Shown here: piece by piece, positions 57,138 through 64,000 of the stretch
Numbering within the stretch: position 1 is the stretch's first letter
How the letters are laid out: each line of letters opens with the position of its first letter
Source of the DNA: Octopus vulgaris
Taxonomy: Eukaryota
Assembly (NCBI GenBank): GCA_951406725.2
Contig: OX597836.1
Coordinates: forward strand, 46,252,001 to 46,316,000
DNA length: 64,000 nucleotides
Direction of reading: 5' to 3'
Notes under the pieces: generated by a model
What the model was told of the DNA's origin: nothing
Database searches by the model: none
The model's input: the letters and a program-made list of their open reading frames with translations, nothing else
Program-made: the position numbers and the translations under genes

Positions 57138-58865
57138 TGACAACAGGAAAATAAGCCATCTATTTTATATGGATGATTTAAAACTACATGACAAAGATGA
57201 TGAAGAGCTTGAAGGATTATTATATACTGTGAAAGGATTCAGTGATGATATCGGGATGGAGTTTGGCTTTGAAAAGTGTGCCAAAGCCACTTTTAAGAAA
57301 GGAAACTTGGTAGAGTCTAGTTCAATCGAATTAGATGTCGAAACAGTAATAGAGGAACTTGAGCAGGAGCAGACCTATAAATACCTAGGAATAAATGAAG
57401 GCTCTGGTATCCAGCATGCAAGCATGAAAGAGAAGGTTAGGAAGGAATGTTATAGAAGAGTTCGAGCAGTCCTGAAGTCTGAGCTGAATGCATATAATAA
57501 GGTGTTAGCCATAAATTCCTTAGTAGTACCAGTTGTTCTATGTAGCTTCAATGTGCTTAACTGGAATACCAGTGAAATAATGAAAATTGACAGAAAAATC
57601 CGCAAGCTACTGACTTGTAATAAGATGCACCATCCAAAGGCAGAGGTGGATCGCCTTTACCTTCCCAGAGCTCAGGGAGGTCGAGGTTTGATCCAGCTTG
57701 AACTTACATACAAAACCACCACAATCGGACTGGCCAAATACTGTGAAGCAACCAACGATTGGATGCTAAAACTTGTTGAAAAGCAATGAAGACCGAAAAG
57801 ACTTCACTCTATTCTCAAAGAGAGCAAAAAATGTGCTGCTGATCTCTTAGATACCCACCAGATTGATCAGGCTGAAGGAAATGTGCCAACTGCTGCTGCA
57901 AAGACAAAAGCACATGAAAAATTAGCTAGCAGATGGGAACAGAAACCTCTCCATGGCAAGTATGTGGCCCGTAGCAAACAAGCTGATGTCGACCAGAAAC
58001 ACACGCACCAATGGTTACGAAGCTCAGGGCTAAAAGCAGAGAGTGAAGGTTTCATATTAGCTGCTCAAGACCAAAGCTTATTAACTCGGAACTACCAAGC
58101 CAATGTGATAAAAAATGGAGCTGACCCAAAATGCCGATTCTGTAACGATGAGATTGAAACAATAGACCACCTAATCTCAGGGTGTAGAGTCTTAGCACCT
58201 GCAGAATATAAAGCAAGACATGACAGAGTCGGCCAGTATTTACATTGGATAATATGTCAATATGTCGGCATTATAAAATCAAAACCGCTGACAAATGGTA
58301 TAAACATCGTCCTGAAGCTGTGACCGAGGGAGAAAATGCGTCGATTCTATGGGACTTCCCCGTACAGACCGACAAAACTATAAAAGCTAATAAACCGGCT
58401 ATTATTATAAAAGATCAGACAAAAAAGATGTGTTTATTAATTGACATGAGTATTCCTTGCGATCACAATATAGCGGCGAAAGAATTTGACAAGATTAGTA
58501 AATATAAAGACTTGCTAATAGAAATTGAAAAAATGTGGCATCTCAAGGCGACTACAGTACCAGTGATTGTAGGATCTCTAGGAATGATTTAAAAAATGGT
58601 ACTGAAATCTATTTGAAAATGATTCCAGGCTTACCATCCCTACAGGAAGTGCAAAAAATCGTATTAACTGGAACGGCTCATGTACTGAGAAGAGCATTAT
58701 CGGTGTGAAAACAACATCCATCCATGAATTTATTTATTTATTAATTTTTAAATACATATTTTATCTGTGAATTTGCGCGTGTAATCTGGGAATGCATACA
58801 ATGAGCTTCTCTGCCCTAGGTGTATGGGAAACACTCGGCGAGAAACGGGAGAAAATTTGAATTAA
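57137..58865 (+). mobile_element. Relatively young 5'-truncated R4/Dong LINE (RT C-terminus, CCHC knuckle, endonuclease)
   Basis: SHLFYMDDLKL, HPKAEVDRLYLPRAQGGRGL, AAQDQSLLTRNY, CRFC..ETIDHLISGC, ANKPAIII, GTAHVLRRALSV*; few stops or frameshifts. Confidence 0.93.
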
Positions 58866-58879
58866 GAAGGAAAAAACTT

Positions 58880-59314
58880 CTTAACCAATACACACAGATA
58901 GAGAAATTAAGGCCAACAGACCAGATATAGTTGTCAGCGATCATGAAGAACAAAATGCTTTCTGATTGATGTATCAATACCGGCAGATGACAACGTGTCT
59001 CTAAAAGAAATGGAGAAACTCTCAAAATACAAAGACCTGGAAATAGAGGTAACTGAAAACAGAAACAATTCCTATCATAGTAGGTGCATTAGGCATGATA
59101 AAAAAATATTCAGACAAATACATAACAAAAACACCAGGACTTACAAACACATATAACATACAGAAAATTGCACTACTAGGCACTGCACACATCCTACGCA
59201 GAACACTTTCCATACAATAACCATCAGAGCCTCACAACAAATCACAGCACATACCCAAGGCACACAGAGCTGCGCTCGGTAGTGAAGTGAAAGCACGCTA
59301 TAAAAATAAAACTA

Positions 59315-59318
<4 letters not shown>
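58880..59318 (+). mobile_element. R4/Dong subfamily 1 3' end followed by (AAT)n
   Basis: KANRPDIVV..; 3' portion essentially identical to 9397-9682. Confidence 0.9.
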
Positions 59319-59383
<65 letters not shown>

Positions 59384-59450
59384 CCTTTCAATTAAAAGCA
59401 CAAAACCTGAATTTTCTTGTTTTTTTTTGGTGGGGGGGCAACTGATCAAA

Positions 59451-59493
<43 letters not shown>

Positions 59494-59661
59494 GGTGGTG
59501 GTGGTGCTGGTGGTGATAGTGGTGGTGGTAACGATTTCGAATTTTGCCGCAAGGGCAGCAATCTTGATGGACCGAGCAGTTGATTACATCGACCCCCCCC
59601 CAGTGCTTAACTGGTACTTACTTTAACAACACCAAATCGATGAGAGGCAAAGTTGTAATAA

Positions 59662-59706
<45 letters not shown>

Positions 59707-60042
59707 AGATACACACATATACATACAAGAGCCCTGGTTTCCGTACACCCATTCTCTCTCTCTCTCTCTCACACACACACATTTCATACGCATATACCCT
59801 TCATATTCATAACAGTCGTTATTCAAATTCGAGTTGTTCACATGAGCAAGTCAACACTGTTCTATTACTGGTTACTAAATCTATCTATTGTTCACACAGT
59901 AGCCACAATGGGAAACATAGAGGAAACACTGGACAATGTTTGCACAGCTATTCTTTTCAACTTTGTATCGTTTCTCAAAAGGCACAACTTTATATGGTCT
60001 GTTACCTGTAAGCATTCACCTCTCATGGTGTATATATATATA

Positions 60043-60138
60043 TCACCTTGATCACCTTGACCGACCAGTCCGTCAGGTGTCCATTTGACACCGCTGATCA
60101 CAGCACGCTGTCCACTCCTCTCTGGATCGCGCCTTTCT
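60043..60138 (-). mobile_element. Retroposon 3' tail related to SINE C tail type 1
   Basis: tgtgatcagcggtgtc..ctgacggactggtcggtcaaggtgat versus tgtgaccagcgatgtg..ctgatagcctggtcggtcacggtgat at ~21300. Confidence 0.6.
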
Positions 60139-60260
60139 CAATATATATATACTATATATACATATATACATACATACATGCATGAATATGTATGATTATT
60201 TATAGGTATATATATATATGTGTGTGTGTGAATGTATTTATGTATATATATGTATATATA

Positions 60261-60341
<81 letters not shown>

Positions 60342-60359
60342 AGAGAGAGAGAGAGAGAG

Positions 60360-60436
<77 letters not shown>

Positions 60437-60689
60437 TACAGGCTTGCAGGAGTGAGTGTACTCGCGCCATGCAGCCTGCCCGAAGGCGTTTATGCATCCG
60501 TATCTGTTAACGGTTATTTTTAATTCTTTTCTCGCTGGATTGCGTGTTCGTTTCTCTTTTAGCCATCTGTAATTTTACTTTTGATCTTCTATATAAATGA
60601 AGATATTTTCTCCGTCTGGCTGCTTTTTTTTCTACAAAACGAGAAGTTACATTACGGAACAGTCATTTTAACGAGTTGTATTTATTTAT

Positions 60690-60793
60690 CACCCGACGAG
60701 ATACATCTACACCACCGGATGCTCCTGAACCAGTTGTTGGGTGTCTCACCCATGAGAAATCGGTGCTAGATGTGTCGAAACAATTATCGTTTC
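60690..60793 (+). ncRNA. Hammerhead-like motif with a ~77 nt helix II domain, CCGACGA core
   Basis: CCGACGA-gatacatcta..tagatgtgtc-GAAAC..GTT; 10 bp basal helix II. Confidence 0.6.
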
Positions 60794-60805
60794 ATATATA
60801 TATAT

Positions 60806-61213
60806 AGCAATAATAAATCTCTGAACGAGATGTAAACAGTAACCGCTCGACAACGTAAAGTATAATAGCCATCTCAATATGGCTAACCACAAAGGGTGGG
60901 TGTTACTGTAGCTTTCAGCCCCAGGAGATCATCGTCTCCAGCTGGCTTTAGGCACACTATCTGTGCCCTTATGGTATTTGCAAAGGGAGGTCATCCCTCT
61001 CTCATAAGCCTAAGTGATACGCACGGACTGCAGTTTCGAGGTAGTTGCCTCTTGTCAACGGGCGGTAATCACCGGTTTACGATGAAAAGGAAGACCTGTT
61101 TGCAAATACTTTAGTGTTTTTCTAGTAACTTCCGTCACTGATTTCGAAAAACTGTCTGCAAGCAATAATAAAACTCTGAACGAGATGTAAACAGTAACTG
61201 CTCGACGTAAAGT
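60806..61213 (-). mobile_element. Rod-family element D: 355 bp unit with a terminal direct repeat and a hammerhead at 61020-61064
   Basis: Repeat gcaataataaa.ctctgaacgagatgtaaacagtaa at 60807 and 61162; minus: cgcccg-TTGACAA-gagg caacta cctc-GAAA-ctgcag-TC-cgtgcg. Confidence 0.8.
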
Positions 61214-61299
61214 TAAAATTTACATAAAGCATAAGGCGAAGACAAGTGTATAAACAACAAACAGGTGTATTAGTTTAACATTCGGGAAGTTGAAAAAGT

Positions 61300-61335
61300 C
61301 TTTTACGTTTCGAGCCTACGCCCTTCAACAGAAAG
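61300..61335 (-). ncRNA. Minimal hammerhead-like motif, CUGUUGA core
   Basis: cttt-CTGTTGA-a-gggc gtag gctc-GAAA-c-GTA-aaag. Confidence 0.65.
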
Positions 61336-61501
61336 GAACACGAAGAAATAAACTGAGAGAGAATAAAAAACTTTTGGAGCTCGCGGTTAATCATGGACAA
61401 AGGTAACATATATATATACATTTTAAAAATGTAACCACATGTGAATCGTTGACAATTTTCCCCCCCGTCTTCCTTTTCTATTGGATTTTCCTCTGGCAAC
61501 T

Positions 61502-61536
61502 GTTTCTGAAGAAGAGCTTTGCTCGAAACGTAAAAC
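61502..61536 (+). ncRNA. Minimal type I hammerhead, canonical core
   Basis: gttt-CTGAAGA-a-gagc ttt gctc-GAAA-c-GTA-aaac. Confidence 0.8.
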
Positions 61537-61655
61537 TATCTTTCTTTCTTGCCCTGAGCGTCTGGTAATACTTTACCTGTTCTACGTACTCGCGTTGTTG
61601 CCTTTTTGTGTTTGTTCTTCGTTTTTTTTTTGGGGGGGGTACTATATATATATAT

Positions 61656-61825
61656 ATCGTGAAATATATTTGCCACTTAAATGTGGCTAACATCTTGGAG
61701 TGGATGCTACTGTAGCTTGTAGCCCCAGGAAGACATCTCCTCCAGCAAGGGTTAGCCACATTTAAGTGGCAAATATACTTCACGATGTCGTGCAGCTACT
61801 CTGTTTACCTCGCTCAGAGATTTGA
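61656..61825. mobile_element. Rod-family element C (internally deleted, 36 bp inverted repeat plus tail)
   Basis: 61656-61691 and 61751-61786 inverted; tail 61787-61825 is the reverse complement of the 60807-type terminus. Confidence 0.75.
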
Positions 61826-61890
61826 TATATATATATATATATATATATAAATTGATCAAAATAAAATAAAAACATGATGCGAAGGATTCA

Positions 61891-61944
61891 GCGGTACAGA
61901 TTTATAACAATGCATAATGTATGTCTGTGGCCTTCTTCAGCCGC
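61891..61944 (-). ncRNA. Degenerate hammerhead-like motif
   Basis: gcgg-CTGAAGA..taaa-tct-GTA-ccgc; GAAA box altered. Confidence 0.4.
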
Positions 61945-62078
61945 GCACAACAGCTTCCGCAAGGACATGTGTTACATCAAAAATTCTTGGTTGGGGATGC
62001 AAATCCTCTCATTCACGTACGACATAATGCGGCAGCAGCATAGAATTGAAGCGTCCATCTCTTTCTTCTCTCAATGTA

Positions 62079-62199
<121 letters not shown>

Positions 62200-62261
62200 T
62201 AAGCGAAAATGCTAGTTCTAAAATTTCTCTTAGGGATCAACGTAGTAGTTGTACTGACAAG

Positions 62262-62610
62262 TAATATTCGTAGCCACTTTAACATGGCTGTCCGTTCGAA
62301 CGGACTCAACTGCGTTTTTTAACCCTAAGAGGGCATCTCCTCTAGCTGGTTAACGATGCACACCCACATCCGATAAATTGCGATCGAATCCCTACCACCT
62401 CATACCGACAGAACCAGTTGACCAGTTCTAATTTCGGGCCATTTCTGCCACTCCGTCGCTAGAAGGTGGTAAGGGTTCGCTCTCCTGCTCACAATTTATC
62501 GGATGCAGCTGTGCCTCGTTAACCAGCAAGAGGAGATGTCCTCTTGGGGTTCAAAAACGTAGTAGAGTCCATTCGAACGGACAGTCATGTTAAAGTGTCT
62601 ACAAATATTA
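62262..62610. mobile_element. Rod-family element A: 349 bp imperfect hairpin
   Basis: Arms pair over ~135 bp; the loop has a GAAA-ttag aa ctgg-TC remnant on the minus strand (62420-62435). Confidence 0.8.
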
Positions 62611-62663
62611 TATATATATAACAAGCTAATTAGCTAGTTAGAAAATCTCTATAAAAGATGAAA

Positions 62664-63080
62664 GCAGGAGTGGCTGTGTGGTAAGTAGCTTGCTAACCAA
62701 CAACATGGTTCCGGGTTCAGTCCCACTGCGTGGCATCTTGGGAAAGTGTCTTCTGCTATAGCCCCGGGCCGACCAATGCCTTGTGAGTGGATTTGGTAGA
62801 CGGAAACTGAAAGAAGCCTGTCGTATATATGTATATATATATGTATATGTGTGTGTATATGTTTGTGTGTCTGTGTTTGTCCCCCTAGCATTGCTTGACA
62901 ACCGATGCTGGTGTGTTTACGTCCCCGTTACTTAGCGGTTCGGCAAAAGAGACCGATAAAATAAGCACTGGGCTTACAAAGAATAAGTCCTGGGGTCGAT
63001 TTGCTCGACTAAAGGCGGTGCTCCAGCATGGCCGCAGTCAAATGACTGAAACAAGTAAAAGAGTAAAAGAGTAAAGAGAG
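62664..63080 (+). mobile_element. SINE family A, near full length
   Basis: Same structure. Confidence 0.9.
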
Positions 63081-63099
63081 CAGTAACTCTAACGAGAAG

Positions 63100-63447
63100 T
63101 AATGTTTATCGCTACTTAAACATGGCGGTTCCGTAGGATCGCCGTCACTGCTACTTTTAATTCCAGGAGGGCACCTCCACTCGCTGGTTATTTGGTACAA
63201 TCCGCACCCGATGCATATTGCATGTAGGGGAGTGAACATCTATCGTCTTCTAGCCGCGACACCATCAAACCATACGGTTTCGACCCCTTTGTGGCCATCC
63301 TCGGTGGTGGATACTCGTCCCCTACTCGCAATATGCATCAGGTGCAGATTGCATCGAATAACCAGCAGGAAGAGGCGTCCTCCTGGGGTTAAAAATAACA
63401 GTAACAGAGGTTCCTACGGAACAGCCATATTTAAATGTCGATTAACA

Positions 63448-63450
<3 letters not shown>
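63100..63450 (-). mobile_element. Rod-family element B: 351 bp imperfect hairpin with a hammerhead at its tip (63262-63310)
   Basis: Minus: ccacca-CCGAGGA-t-ggcc acaaagg ggtc-GAAA-ccgtatgg-TT-tgatgg. Confidence 0.82.
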
Positions 63451-63496
<46 letters not shown>

Positions 63497-63498
<2 letters not shown>

Positions 63499-63649
63499 TT
63501 TATTTAAAAGCACCAGAAATATAACAAAAGTTACTCAGAGTTTCACGTTCCCGTTCGTCGGACAGTTTTTTTAAATAAAGCATATTACTCTACCACTGGT
63601 ATTTGAGTACTCTTTTTTCCACCTTGTTTCACATTTATGTGTTTACTCC

Positions 63650-63652
<3 letters not shown>
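63497..63652. mobile_element. Relative of the 45605 element with only one arm; hammerhead at 63530-63565 (-)
   Basis: CCGACGA-acg ggaa cgt-GAAA-ctc t gag-TA; tail 63571-63652 matches 45744-45825. Confidence 0.8.
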
Positions 63653-63701
<49 letters not shown>

Positions 63702-63898
63702 CATTTTTTTTTTCTAGAATTTTTTTGCTACCCTTATATTTATTAATTAATGATTTTTTGGCTAATTTTGAAATTAAATCAGCAGTTTATATTTGCTGCT
63801 GAGAAGACCGCGCGGTGGCGGTGGATTTTGAAAATTTAGAGCATATAGACTGGAGGCTTCTTTGCCGTTGCCTCGTGGACATATATTCGTCCTCGGCT

Positions 63899-63993
63899 TC
63901 TCTGCTGATGAGACACGCCAGTTGTAAATAAATTTAATTTAATTTAATTAATTTGTTTACCAAAGTTTGTCGAAACTATGCATAGTCCAGAGA
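63899..63993 (+). ncRNA. Complete canonical type I hammerhead ribozyme with a long AT-rich helix II
   Basis: tctctg-CTGATGA-gaca..tgtc-GAAA-ctatgcatag-TC-cagaga: 6 bp helix I, 12 nt palindromic helix III, GUC cleavage triplet ending at 63987. Confidence 0.88.
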
Positions 63994-64000
63994 TGAAAAG

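Noticed and set aside
56575-57789. 404 aa ORF as an intact gene
   Set aside because: Microsatellite read-through into a 5'-truncated LINE RT that has downstream stops and frameshifts.

Overview
Eukaryotic, AT-rich, repeat-saturated intergenic or intronic DNA. The SINE families and extreme microsatellite load suggest an octopus (coleoid cephalopod) genome; this is an inference. No host protein-coding gene is supportable, and almost all long ORFs in the track are microsatellite translations. The window contains: many decayed R4/Dong-type LINEs (RT, CCHC knuckle, restriction-like endonuclease) sitting in (TAA)n tracts; RTE and CR1-type LINE fragments; three tRNA-derived SINE families; a ~555 bp (TAA)n-associated non-coding retroposon; Tc1/mariner remnants, MITEs and Helitron/Helentron-type non-autonomous elements; and two Penelope-like (GIY-YIG) remnants. 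The most striking unannotated signal is about 20 type I hammerhead-ribozyme motifs found by eye on both strands, mostly in short non-coding inserts in (TA)n tracts, often at or near the axis of long palindromes. These include a cluster (60.8-63.5 kb) of ~350 nt rod-folding, hammerhead-bearing, viroid-sized elements whose two arms co-vary between copies, a candidate retrozyme-like family. All folds and alignments were done by hand, and coordinates of decayed repeats are approximate.
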